Assembly (NCBI GenBank): GCA_965217185.1 | Contig: OZ244252.1 | Location: 3,072,001-3,136,000 of the forward strand | Reading direction: 5' to 3' | Source: an uncultured Candidatus Entotheonella sp. | GTDB lineage: Bacteria > Tectomicrobia > Entotheonellia > Entotheonellales > Entotheonellaceae | Length of the DNA stretch: 64,000 nucleotides | The notes under the pieces: generated by a model | Told to the model about the DNA's origin: nothing | The model's database searches: none | What the model saw: only the letters and a program-made list of their open reading frames with translations | Position numbers and translations under genes: made by a program | Shown: positions 44,543-54,307 of the stretch, in pieces | Layout of the letters: every line of letters begins with the position of its first letter | Position numbering within the stretch: position 1 is the stretch's first letter

Positions 44543-44830
44543 TCAGGCAAGCCTTGAACGGTCACCACGCTGATCCCAGACACGTAATACTTCGATTCGG
44601 TCATCAACGACTCGGTAGATGAAAGAGAACGGCGTGCACGGGATCGAGAATTCTCGCACACCCTCCATCTCTTCGACTGGACGGCCCACCAGCGGATTTT
44701 CACGGATAACGCCGCAGGTCCTGCCATACTGGGCGGCAGCGCGCTTCGCGCCATCCGGGAAGATGTGAGCGTAGTAGGTGCGCATCCACAGCAAATCCGA
44801 AACTGTGGACGGCAAGAAGACAAGCTTCAT
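44543..44830 (-). CDS. parE: RelE/ParE family toxin
   Basis: A.DL....Y..P..GR...GVRE....PF..IYRV....IEVLRVW. Confidence 0.85.
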   Translation of the reverse strand: MKLVFLPSTVSDLLWMRTYYAHIFPDGAKRAAAQYGRTCGVIRENPLVGRPVEEMEGVREFSIPCTPFSFIYRVVDDRIEVLRVWDQRGDRSRLA

Positions 44831-44833
44831 CGG

Positions 44834-45118
44834 TCACTGCGAAGCGATTCGAACATCGGGTTCGGGCGGCGGAAATTCCGAGTCCTCGCCCCAGGAAGAA
44901 ACCCAGGCGTCCATCGCCTCCTGTGAGATGAAGGCACCCCCGTCGGCTTCCGAGACAGCCGCGCGGATCGCGGCTCGTTTCTCGGCCCGGTCGCGCAGCA
45001 TGGCCTCGATCGCCTTGACGGCAAGGTAGGATGCAGAACGCTCATCGCGCCTTGCTTCCTGTTCAAGGTTCTTCTTGAGATTGGCGTCGATTCGTAAGCT
45101 CAATCGTTCTGTCGTCAT
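44834..45118 (-). CDS. CopG/RHH antitoxin
   Basis: LSLRID..LK..L...A....RS.SYL..AIE..ADGGAFIS.E.M.AW..SW. Confidence 0.85.
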   Translation of the reverse strand: MTTERLSLRIDANLKKNLEQEARRDERSASYLAVKAIEAMLRDRAEKRAAIRAAVSEADGGAFISQEAMDAWVSSWGEDSEFPPPEPDVRIASQ

Positions 45119-45233
45119 GCGGCAAGTCCTCTGTATGGGTCGGCGGTTGTCGGACATGGTATGACAGTTGAATGGGTTTGTCGAATCCGGGTCTATCTGT
45201 GGATACGACGAATCCGTGTGTATATAATTGCGC

Positions 45234-45416
45234 ATGGAACGAAACAGCAGGGCGATCGTCAAACGCCTTCTGGCTGAAGGCTTCGAACTTGTGAAAGTGT
45301 CGGGATCGCACCACAAATTCCGCAAGGGGCCGATCACGGTGATCGTGCCGCACCCGAAGAAAGATCTTCCAGTGGGAACGGCCCGTGCCATCGCCAAGTT
45401 GGCCGGCTGGATGTGA
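45234..45416 (+). CDS. hicA: HicA toxin
   Basis: GF....VSGSHHKF..VPHPKKDLPVGT. Confidence 0.92.
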   Translation: MERNSRAIVKRLLAEGFELVKVSGSHHKFRKGPITVIVPHPKKDLPVGTARAIAKLAGWM

Positions 45417-45428
45417 GGAGCGCGGACC

Positions 45429-45818
45429 ATGCATTATGTTGCCGTGATCGACAAGGATGCCAACAGCGCCTACGGGGTCCGTTTCCCCGACCTGCCCGGC
45501 TGCTTCTCGGCAGCCGACACGTTCGATGAGATCGTCCCGAACGCGATCGAGGCACTGGCCCTTTTTTTCGAGGACAGAGAGATCGTCCCGGCCCGTGGCA
45601 TCGAGGCGGTCCGCGGGGAAGTAGCCGAGGACCTCGCCGCCGGCGCGGTTCTGATGATGATCCCTTACATTTCTGACCGCCGCCGGGCCGTGCGGGTCAA
45701 TCTGAGCCTTGACAAGGGGCTTCTCGACACGCTGGACGAGGCGGCGCGGGCACGTGGCATGACACGCTCCGCCTTTGTTGCGAAAGCCGCAACAAGGGAA
45801 ATTTGCGATCCTGGCTGA
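45429..45818 (+). CDS. hicB: HicB antitoxin
   Basis: YGVRFPDLPGCFSA.D..EAL; C-terminal RHH RVNLSL..TRSAF. Confidence 0.92.
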   Translation: MHYVAVIDKDANSAYGVRFPDLPGCFSAADTFDEIVPNAIEALALFFEDREIVPARGIEAVRGEVAEDLAAGAVLMMIPYISDRRRAVRVNLSLDKGLLDTLDEAARARGMTRSAFVAKAATREICDPG

Positions 45819-46231
45819 TTATGGCTCGAAAGCGACACCATACTCTTTGACCATGGCGGTTGGCATACCCGAGGCTTAACGCCTCAGACTCGTGTTGAAG
45901 ATGGAAAGGTGATGTTTCAAGGCTGATCCAAACCCCGGATCGCCAACCGTTGCAAAGACGGTCCTCTCCTCGAAGTCATTTACTACCTCTCGCCGGTGTC
46001 CGTATAAGGCCCCTCTCTTGCAAATTTAGCCGTACCATGTAAATGATACACACATCAGGGCCATTTTACGGCACTTCGATGCGGCGACACGATGTTACGA
46101 TGAACCCACCTCCTACGGACACTCCAGCCCATGACAGCAACCTTCACTCGCTTTCGAGCCGACTGCTCCGCTCTTGATTGATCCGTCTCATTGTGCCACC
46201 ATTTTGGTATCAAATGAAAGGAGGTAAGGCG

Positions 46232-46489
46232 ATGGCGGCAATCAATGTGCGGCAACTCGACGACAACGTGGTCAAGCGTCTAAAGCGTCGTGCTTCGCTC
46301 AACAACCGATCCCTGGAAAGCGAGGTGCGCCATATCCTCGAACGTGCCGCCGAGGACGACATGGCGGCCAAGCGGGCTTCATTCCTGGCGGTGTCGGATC
46401 GGCTGAGGCAGAAGACCGAGGGACGCGCCCATACGCCGGCGGAGGTGCTGATCCGTGAGGATCGCGACCACGGACATCGCGAGTTATGA
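46232..46489 (+). CDS. FitA/Arc-like antitoxin
   Basis: INVRQLDD.V...LK.RA..NNRSLESEVR.IL..LIREDRD. Confidence 0.88.
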   Translation: MAAINVRQLDDNVVKRLKRRASLNNRSLESEVRHILERAAEDDMAAKRASFLAVSDRLRQKTEGRAHTPAEVLIREDRDHGHREL

Positions 46490-46920
46490 TGCATCTCGTC
46501 GTCGATGCTAGCGTGGCGGTCAAATGGCTGATCGCGGAAGACAATTCGGACATAGCCCGTGAAATGGCTGCCAGGGGCGAGGACCTGCATGCACCGCGCC
46601 TGATGGCCTCCGAGATTGCCAATGCGCTGTGGCGCAAAGCACGGCTGGGCGAGATCGAGCGCGGCGACGCGGGCGCCATGCTGGCATCGGTACCAGGGAT
46701 GCCGGTACGATGGGGCGCCGACGAGACGGTCTGCGCCGATGCGGTTCGTCTCGCTCTGGCACTCGACCGGCCGGTCTACGATTGCGTCTATCTTGCGCTC
46801 GCACACCAAATCGGCGCGATCGTGGTCACTGCGGACCTTCGATTCGTGAATGCGCTGGCGTCCACCGAACATGGCGAGGCAATCATGACCTTAGCCGACT
46901 ATGCAGCGACGCGATGGTGA
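46486..46920 (+). CDS. vapC: VapC/PIN toxin
   Basis: VVDASVAVKW..E..N..YDCVYLALA..VTAD. Confidence 0.92.
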   Translation: MMHLVVDASVAVKWLIAEDNSDIAREMAARGEDLHAPRLMASEIANALWRKARLGEIERGDAGAMLASVPGMPVRWGADETVCADAVRLALALDRPVYDCVYLALAHQIGAIVVTADLRFVNALASTEHGEAIMTLADYAATRW

Positions 46921-46995
46921 GAATTTTTCCGTCGCACGTGTCTGTCCTTGTCGCATCAGCATCAGATGACCTACCTCTTACGGACACCCCAGCAG

Positions 46996-47212
46996 ATGAC
47001 AGCAACCCTGATCGGCTACGCCCGTTGTTCCACGGACAAGCAGGACCTGACGGCGCAGAGGCAGGCACTCGCCGAACTCGGCGTTGCACCGAATCGCATC
47101 TACATGGACAAGGGTCTGACCGGCACCAACCGCGCCCGGCCCGGCCTGGATCAGGCCATGGCCGCGGTGCGTAAGGGTGACACCTTGGTGGTGCCGAAGC
47201 TGGACCGCCTAG
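46996..47212 (+). pseudogene. 5' half of the serine resolvase whose 3' half is at 42549-42917
   Basis: IGYARCST..RPGL..GDTLVVPKLDRL ending at CTAG next to IS701 copy B. Confidence 0.88.
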
Positions 47213-48686
47213 TACTACAGTTGCGGTTTAGCTGTTATCATGGTCTTTTCCCTGAACGCAAAGCGAAGGAGAGCCATGATGTCAAGCCAGCCGTTCAACT
47301 CGCTCGCAACCGAGGCCGACCCCATGTCAAGCACGGGGCAGGCTATGACGACTGTCACGGGCTGGCAAGCCTGTCTCCATGAGGTGGCCCAGTGCCTGCG
47401 TCCCTCCTTTGGCCGTCGGGAATCGTGGCAACGCGCCGTGGCCTATATCGAAGGACTGCTCAGCACCACAGAACGTAAAAACGCCTGGCAGTTGGCGGAA
47501 ATCAACGGCGATGCTACGCCCTATGGCATCCAGCACTTGCTCGGACGGGCTTCGTGGCAGGCCGACGACCTGCGAGACGCCCTGTGTGCCTACGTCGTGG
47601 CACACCTGGGCGACCCCGACGCGGTGCTGGTGGTCGATGAGACGGGATTCTTGAAAAAAGGCGACCGCTCCGCCGGGGTGGCCAGGCAGTACAGCGGCAC
47701 GGCCGGCAAAGTCGAAAACTGTCAGATTGGCGTGTTTGTGGGCTACGCCAGTCGCCTGGGTCAGACCTTGCTGGACCGTGCCTTATACCTGCCCGCGTCG
47801 TGGACGGAGGATGCGGCGCGCTGCCAGCGGGCGGGCATTGCTCCAGAGGCAGAGTTTGCCACCAAACCTGAGTTAGCCCGGACGATGCTTGAGCGCGCCT
47901 TTGCTTCGGGGGTGCCTGCCTCGTGGGTGGTGGGCGACAGCGTTTACGGCGACGCGCGTCGCTTGCGTCTGTGGTTGGAAGGGCAGGCAAAGGCGTATGT
48001 GTTGGCGGTGTCTGGCAAGGAACGTGTCTGGTTTGAGGGTCGTCCGTGTTCGGTGCAGTCGGTGCTTGCGGGGCTTGACGAGGGGGCTTGGCAGCGACTG
48101 AGTGCCGGTTCGGGGAGCAAGGGGCCGAGGTTCTATGACTGGCAGTGTGTGGGGTTGACGGCGGCGCAGGCGGGTTGGCGCCGCTGTTTGCTGGTGCGTC
48201 GCAGCCTGAAAGCGGACGGGAAGTTGACGGCCTATGCGGTGTATGCGCCGTGCGGCACGGACTTGGCGACGCTGGTGTCGGTGGCGGGTCGGCGTTGGTG
48301 TATTGAGATGTGTTTTGAGGCGGCCAAGGGTGAAGTGGGACTAGATGAGTATGAGGTTCGCAGTTGGACGGGGTGGTATCGTCACGTCACCTTGTCGATG
48401 TGGGCGTTGGCGTTGCTGAGTGCCGTGCGGGCCGCCCACTTGCAGGTGGTGGAAAAAAAACGCTCGTCGGTGAGCAGTCTGTTGGGCTTCAAAGCGTCGC
48501 GGGGCCTGGTGTCGTGTTGAGTGTGGCGGAGATACGGCGTTTGTTTTGGCGTTTAGTGCTGAGGGTGTGGCACGGCGTGGAGCAGGTGTTGGGATGGAGC
48601 AAATGGCGCCGTCGGCATCAATGGGTAGCGCGATGGTGTCATTACCGACGGCGCCAGAATCGTAACGTGGAATTGCAACTGTAGTA
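47213..48686 (+). mobile_element. IS701-family element, copy B (diverged from copy A)
   Basis: IR TACTACAGTTGC; flanks CTAG/CTAG. Confidence 0.9.
47276..48684 (+). CDS. IS701 transposase, probable -1 frameshift at A8 (48453-48460)
   Basis: Same motifs and frame arrangement as copy A. Confidence 0.88.
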
Positions 48687-49412
48687 CTAGACCGAGCCAT
48701 TGAGTTCGACGATTCCGAGTTCGTTGAATACGATGCCGAAATCGAGGGTTGCGTGCGGTTCGCACCAGGGGTGGTGTGGGCACACGCCTGCTGCTCGCAG
48801 GGACGTCAAATAGCTGTTCTTCCGCTGTCGCTCGGAGGAGTACCGCGTGGGCGGGTGCCTGTAACGGTGGCTGGCGATACTGTCAAAATCGCCTTCGTAG
48901 CCGAAGAATCCCAGCATGTTGAGTTTTTTCGGTCTGTCATCGCGCTGGAGAACGCGAATGAGAAGATGTTCGAGCGTGTCGCGCCTTCGGCCTTTCCTGC
49001 GCTCGAGTGGGCCGACAACGTCTGGCAAGGACTTGGAGACTTCAGTCGCCGGTACATTGACGTTCGGGACGAACTAACCCGCCATTTGGGTGGCCTTAGT
49101 GATTATGGGGCGGCGTGCTTCTACGAACATGGCGCCGGCGACCCGCGTGAATTGTCGCGTTTCCTATCGGCTCGGCTCCATTCCGTAACCTCGGATGAGA
49201 ATGGCGTGACGAAGAGGCATCCACGGTCTAGTAGAGATCGTACCCGGCGTCATCGCGGAACCAACAAAGTGTTCTGGTGGCACGTGAAGCTACTTCCCCA
49301 TGTGGACAGGATTTACTTCCTGTATGAACCCCCGCCGGCCGGTGCGCCTCTACCTGAGCATGGCCGTATCGTCGTGGGCCTCTTTAAGGACCACTGCTTC
49401 GTGCCGAAATGA
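48687..49412 (+). pseudogene. Hypothetical protein 5'-truncated by IS701; C-terminus resembles RelE-like nuclease modules
   Basis: Frame open from the IS junction; WHVK..RIYF..IVVG..DH. Confidence 0.45.
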
Positions 49413-49437
49413 TCGAAGATTATATCTACTCTCTTCT

Positions 49438-50933
49438 GAGCCACTTGCAGAATTGCGTGTACGAGTGGGATTTTCTTTCTCCGTGTCAAGCACGGGGCAG
49501 GCTCTGGGGCTGATTGGTGGACATTGGGGCCGCTTTCTGATTCTGTTGAGTTGTCAAACAACCGAATCAGGAGGAACGACCCCAATGGCCTTACGTGAGA
49601 TACTATCGAGTTACTGGTCTTGCTTTCAAGCGCTGCTGTTCCCGCAGCTTGAGGAAACGATCGGGGCGCTGGGGGAACGCCATCAGCGCTTCGTCATGGT
49701 GCTCGAACGGGTGCGGGTGGAAACGCTGCTGCCGTACCAGCACCGGCGTCGCGGCTGTCCGCCAAGTGACCGCGCGGCCTTAGCCCGCGCCTTCATCGCC
49801 AAGGCCGTCTTCGCGCTGGTTAGCACCCGGATGTTGCTTGATCGTCTGCGCCACGACAGCACCCTGCGCCGGTTGTGCGGCTGGCGTAGCGTCAAGCACA
49901 TTCCGAGCGAGGCGACGTTTTCACGTGCCTTTGCCGAATTTGCCGACAGCGCCTTGCCGAGCCACCTGCACGAGGCGCTGATCAAACGCACCCAGGGTGA
50001 GCGTCTGGCAGGCCATATTTCACGCGATTCGACGGCGATTGAAGGGCGCGAGAGACCGACCCCGAAGGCGCCGCAGCCGGCCAAGCCGAAGCGGCGGCGC
50101 GGGCGTCCGCGCAAGGGCGAGGAGCGCCCCACGGAGCCGCGCCGTCTGGAGCGCCAGCGCAACATGACCCTGCCGGAGATGCTCGCCGACTTGCCGTACG
50201 CCTGTGACATTGGCGTCAAGCGCGACGCCAAGGGCTATCAGACGTCATGGAGCGGCTACAAGTTGCATATTGACGCGGCCGACGGCGCCATCCCGGTCAG
50301 TTGCCTGCTTACCTCGGCGTCGCTGCACGACAGCCAAGTCGCCATCCCGCTGGCGACCCTGACGGCGGAGCGAGTCCGCAACCTGTATGACCTGATGGAC
50401 AGCGCCTACGATGCCCCGGAAATCCGCGCCCACAGCCGCGCCCTGGGTCATGTTGCGATCATCGACGTCAACCCCCGCAGCGGCGCGCGCAAGCAGGCGC
50501 TGCGGCAGGAGAGGCAGGCACGGCGTGCCTGTGGGTTGGTCCTGTCTGAGGAGAGACGTTACCACGAACGCTCGACCGTCGAGCGCGTCAATGGTCGCCT
50601 CAAGGATGAATTCGGAGGTCGCAGCGTGCGCGTGCGCGGCCATGCCAAGGTGCTGTGTCATCTGATGTTCGGGATTGTGGCGCTCACGGTTGATCAGTTG
50701 ATGCGCTTGGTGACCTGAAGCTGGTCTCGCGGCCCCGTTTCCTCCATCCCGGCACGCGCTGCTGTCCTGTACGCAGGGGGGAGAGTTGCGTCCGCATCGC
50801 AAGACGGGAGCCGGAACTCGGCACCGCCATGGCTGAATTCGTGGCAATTGGAACCACCGACGGCAAATGATTCACCGTACGGTCTCATGACAACCGCTCC
50901 GAGGCCAAACTAGCGGAGTTTTGCAAGTGGCTC
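49438..50933 (+). mobile_element. DDE insertion sequence, copy 2 (inverted relative to copy 1)
   Basis: Same length and IRs as copy 1; only a few substitutions. Confidence 0.92.
49585..50718 (+). CDS. DDE transposase
   Basis: Nearly identical to 40630..41763. Confidence 0.92.
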   Translation: MALREILSSYWSCFQALLFPQLEETIGALGERHQRFVMVLERVRVETLLPYQHRRRGCPPSDRAALARAFIAKAVFALVSTRMLLDRLRHDSTLRRLCGWRSVKHIPSEATFSRAFAEFADSALPSHLHEALIKRTQGERLAGHISRDSTAIEGRERPTPKAPQPAKPKRRRGRPRKGEERPTEPRRLERQRNMTLPEMLADLPYACDIGVKRDAKGYQTSWSGYKLHIDAADGAIPVSCLLTSASLHDSQVAIPLATLTAERVRNLYDLMDSAYDAPEIRAHSRALGHVAIIDVNPRSGARKQALRQERQARRACGLVLSEERRYHERSTVERVNGRLKDEFGGRSVRVRGHAKVLCHLMFGIVALTVDQLMRLVT

Positions 50934-51353
50934 AACCGTCATGAAATTTCGCTGCGCCACATATGAAGTCACGGCACCGGGAAACACCCGCGTCGTCAGG
51001 GGTGTGAAAAACTTTGGGGCCGCTTCGGGCCAGAACAGCACCAGAATGACGCTGCAACTGATGACGTAGGCCACCACCCCAGCCAAGGGCTGCGGCTGCG
51101 CCGTGGTCATGCGCCGGTACACAAGCCAGACGACACCGCAGGCTATGATGATCTGCGGCAACTGCCGCAAACTCGACAACCGCAAGATCGATTGCATCGC
51201 CAGACCGGAGTACAGATATGCCGACTCCACCAGGGTCAACGTCTGGTATTCCACCGAGACCTGCGCCAAGGCCAAGGGCGGCAGGAACAACACCGCGACG
51301 CAGGCCCACAGAGACGGCCATAGAGCCCGTTGCCGGACATCCGCATTACGCAT
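50934..51353 (-). pseudogene. N-terminal fragment of a TraG-like membrane protein, truncated by IS
   Basis: Hydrophobic N-terminus, follows the TraH-like gene, runs into the IS end. Confidence 0.5.
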
Positions 51354-51364
51354 GGCAGCCCCTC

Positions 51365-52693
51365 CTAGTAGCCGTATCCCATCGAGTTTTGCTCCCCGAA
51401 CTGGTTGGCAACCGTCGCGGCGGCGACGCCGGAGGCAATGGCCATGTCCGCGGCGGCCCCCTCCCGTTGCTGGATGTCCTGTAGAACCGCCTGCAAAATA
51501 GGCAGAGCGTGGCGCTCCGCCAGTTCCTTTTCACGAATCAGCCGGTCGCGCTCGCGCGACAACCGCTCCAGCCGCGCCTTGATAATGTCTTCCTCGGCCT
51601 CACTCAGTTGGGTGTTGTCCAGCATGCCTTCTTCCAACAGGTCTTCCAGCTCGCTGACCCGCCACGACAACTTGAGCATCGTGAACGTGCCCGACATTTT
51701 GCCCAGGAAGTCCTGATACGCCCCCGGATCGACCTGCTTGATGTCGTACATCCCCTGCAAAACGCCGTTTGGCATCATCATGCCCGGCAGCGACACATCC
51801 CGGTACTTGCTTGGTGTCAGGACATTGCCCGCGCCAACGATATTTACCGCGTCCTCGATCTTGGCGGTCAACTGGTCGCGCTCCGTCTTGTACACGTCGT
51901 GCAGACGCTTGGCCGGCGCCGTAATATCCACGTCAAGAGGTTCCTCGGGCGAGGCGCCCGGCTTCAATTCGATCTCCCCCAGCACCTCTTGGGCAAAATC
52001 CAGGATGTCCTGCGGCGCGTTCACGCGCTCCAGCGATCCCCCGATCATGGGTGCCGAGTCCCCCGCAGCAACCTGATTACCGGTGGCGGGATCGATGATG
52101 CCCGCCGTACTTCCACCAACGCAGGCCGCCTCCGCCTCGATCAGAGTCATGCCCGCCCCCTGCTGCGCCGAGATACAACGCGACGTGCGAGCACCGCTCA
52201 GCCGACCGCCGACGCCGACCAGCAGGGTTTCGGCCTGCGCGCACGACAGCCCCTTGAATTGCAGAATCTCGTTCACGATCTCCTGCAAATACTTCACCAT
52301 GTCGCACATCGTCGGCGCCGCGTAGCACAGGCTCACCATCGGCAACTGGCTGATAGCTGCGCCGATCAGGTTCGTCGCCGTGCTCTGAAGCCCCGCTATC
52401 AAAGCTGATGGATCCAGCATGCCCGCCAGGTTGTTAATCAGCCCGGCGCCGAACGAAAAGGAGCCGCACGGCGTCGAGATGTTGAAGTCGTGCAGCAACG
52501 GATTGCCCGGCGGTAACGTCGGGTATCCCGCCACCAGACCGCCGCGCAGCGCCCGGCCCACGTTATCCAGCCGCGCCGCCTCCAGCTTGTCGCTGCCCAT
52601 CGCTGCAAGCGACTCCTCGAACAGGTCCGCCACCGCATGCCCCGGAAATACCAGCCCGGCAATTACCACCAACACCAGCCATTGCCTGTTCAT
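51365..52693 (-). CDS. TraH-like / ICE periplasmic conjugation protein
   Basis: Signal peptide; NISTPCGSF..LP...C..P..C..LSCAQA cysteine pattern; located in the tra operon. Confidence 0.55.
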   Translation of the reverse strand: MNRQWLVLVVIAGLVFPGHAVADLFEESLAAMGSDKLEAARLDNVGRALRGGLVAGYPTLPPGNPLLHDFNISTPCGSFSFGAGLINNLAGMLDPSALIAGLQSTATNLIGAAISQLPMVSLCYAAPTMCDMVKYLQEIVNEILQFKGLSCAQAETLLVGVGGRLSGARTSRCISAQQGAGMTLIEAEAACVGGSTAGIIDPATGNQVAAGDSAPMIGGSLERVNAPQDILDFAQEVLGEIELKPGASPEEPLDVDITAPAKRLHDVYKTERDQLTAKIEDAVNIVGAGNVLTPSKYRDVSLPGMMMPNGVLQGMYDIKQVDPGAYQDFLGKMSGTFTMLKLSWRVSELEDLLEEGMLDNTQLSEAEEDIIKARLERLSRERDRLIREKELAERHALPILQAVLQDIQQREGAAADMAIASGVAAATVANQFGEQNSMGYGY

Positions 52694-52701
52694 AACCCCT
52701 C

Positions 52702-53160
52702 CTATTGCACCCGGCGCAGGCCGCGCGCCAGCATGAAGGCCGCCATACCGAGCAGAACCGTCAACGCCCCGGCCTCCTCCTCGTAGGACAGCGGTACCGG
52801 CGCGATGATCGAAGCCACCAGACAGGCCAGTCACACCAAGGCGAGCACCCGCCCCGTCTTGAGCAGCCGCAAGCCGAAACCGCTCAGCGTCACCGACTGG
52901 CGCCGGGCAGTGCCTTCCATGATGCCGACAGACCCGGCAAGCAGAAATTGCATGACCATCCCTTCCAGTTCCCCCAGGCGGCTCATGACCAGCCATTCGA
53001 GCTGCGGCAGCAGGTCCAGAGGCACCGGCCCGTAGCCGTCCGCATGGCCAAGCACCGACAGCCATTCCAGGCGCCCGGCGTCGCCCAGGCGCCACCACCA
53101 GTAGCCCAGGCCCACCAGTCCGATAAGCAACAGCACCAGGACCGGGGATACGTCCTCCAT
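52702..53160 (-). pseudogene. Membrane protein of the tra operon with internal TGA at 52831-52833
   Basis: The hydrophobic frame continues past TGA to TAG at 52702, just before the next RBS. Confidence 0.55.
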
Positions 53161-53242
53161 ACCTTTCTTCTTTTCCATACCGCGCCTCGACGAAAGGAGT
53201 TCCCCCGCAATCCCGACCGAAGAAAGGATTTCTTCTTCCGGA

Positions 53243-54298
53243 CTACTCTTCACGCGCCGGCGTCCTTTTCCTGAACAGGTCAAAGAGGCGCCAACGGCGG
53301 CGCGGCGGCGGTTCCTCAATCACCGCTTCGACAGGCTCGGCAGGCACCACGATTTCGCCGCCCTCCGTCAACAGTTCCCAGTGCCCCGGTTGCAAGATGA
53401 CGTAGGTATGGTGCGCCGGCATGACCACGCCGGAGACAACCTGTATCGGCAACTCCTGGCGGCTCACCAGCGGCAGGCGATACCCCATGGCGCCGCGCGG
53501 CACGTGCGGCGCGGTCACAGCTTCAGCCCGCCGCAATTCCGCAAGCCCCACAGCCGCCAGGACTGACGGCGGCTGCGCCACTTCGTGCGCCGGTGGCTCC
53601 AGAGGTCCGAGCGGGGAACCAGACCCCTCCAACGCCACCGGCGCGCCGGACGGCGGCCCGGTGGAAGCCGCCGCCACGTCTACAACCGGCATCGAGAATT
53701 CAATCCGCATGTCCCGTTCAATCACCACAGGCTCACCAGGGGGCGCATTTTCAACAACCTCCGGTGGCGGCTCCGCTTGCCGTTCCGCCGTCTCGACTGC
53801 CGTTTCCGCCGCCACAGGCTCAATCACTTGCTGCGGCTCCGGACCTGCTGTTTCCCCCTCGCCTTCCTCAACCGAGGGCGCCGAGGCCATCACGACGACA
53901 TCAGGCGAACCCGCTGACGCATGTACTATTTCGTCAAGCCTCTCCAGGACCGCTTCCGCAAACTGGCTCACCGCCGCCTCGACAGCCTCCCCGCCAGCCG
54001 CTTCGTCTCCCCGTTCTTCATCAGGTGCAGAGGGTTCCAACACCGCACTGGCCACCTCGATCGCACTGGCCACCTCGTCCGGAGTAAGCGGCGCCGGAAG
54101 CTCGCCGACAACCTCTTGATCCTCCCCGCCTTCCTCTACCGGTTGCGCAACAGGCCCCAACGCCGACGACACGGGTAACACGGGCGGAGCCGGAGCCTGC
54201 AACCACGGCGCCACCACGAAGACCACCAATGCAGCCCCCACCGTCCCGGCCAACACCAACAGAATTTTCCCCCTGGCTGTCCGCAATTCCATCCCCAT
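53243..54298 (-). CDS. Hypothetical Pro/Glu-rich protein with N-terminal anchor
   Basis: RBS ggagg, operon position, single TM helix. Confidence 0.6.
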   Translation of the reverse strand: MGMELRTARGKILLVLAGTVGAALVVFVVAPWLQAPAPPVLPVSSALGPVAQPVEEGGEDQEVVGELPAPLTPDEVASAIEVASAVLEPSAPDEERGDEAAGGEAVEAAVSQFAEAVLERLDEIVHASAGSPDVVVMASAPSVEEGEGETAGPEPQQVIEPVAAETAVETAERQAEPPPEVVENAPPGEPVVIERDMRIEFSMPVVDVAAASTGPPSGAPVALEGSGSPLGPLEPPAHEVAQPPSVLAAVGLAELRRAEAVTAPHVPRGAMGYRLPLVSRQELPIQVVSGVVMPAHHTYVILQPGHWELLTEGGEIVVPAEPVEAVIEEPPPRRRWRLFDLFRKRTPAREE

Positions 54299-54307
54299 GC
54301 CTCCTAC

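Noticed and set aside
51365..53098. 577-aa version of the TraH-like ORF and 969-aa version of TraC
   Set aside because: The upstream extensions overlap real genes; RBS and signal peptide support starts at 52693 and 57043.
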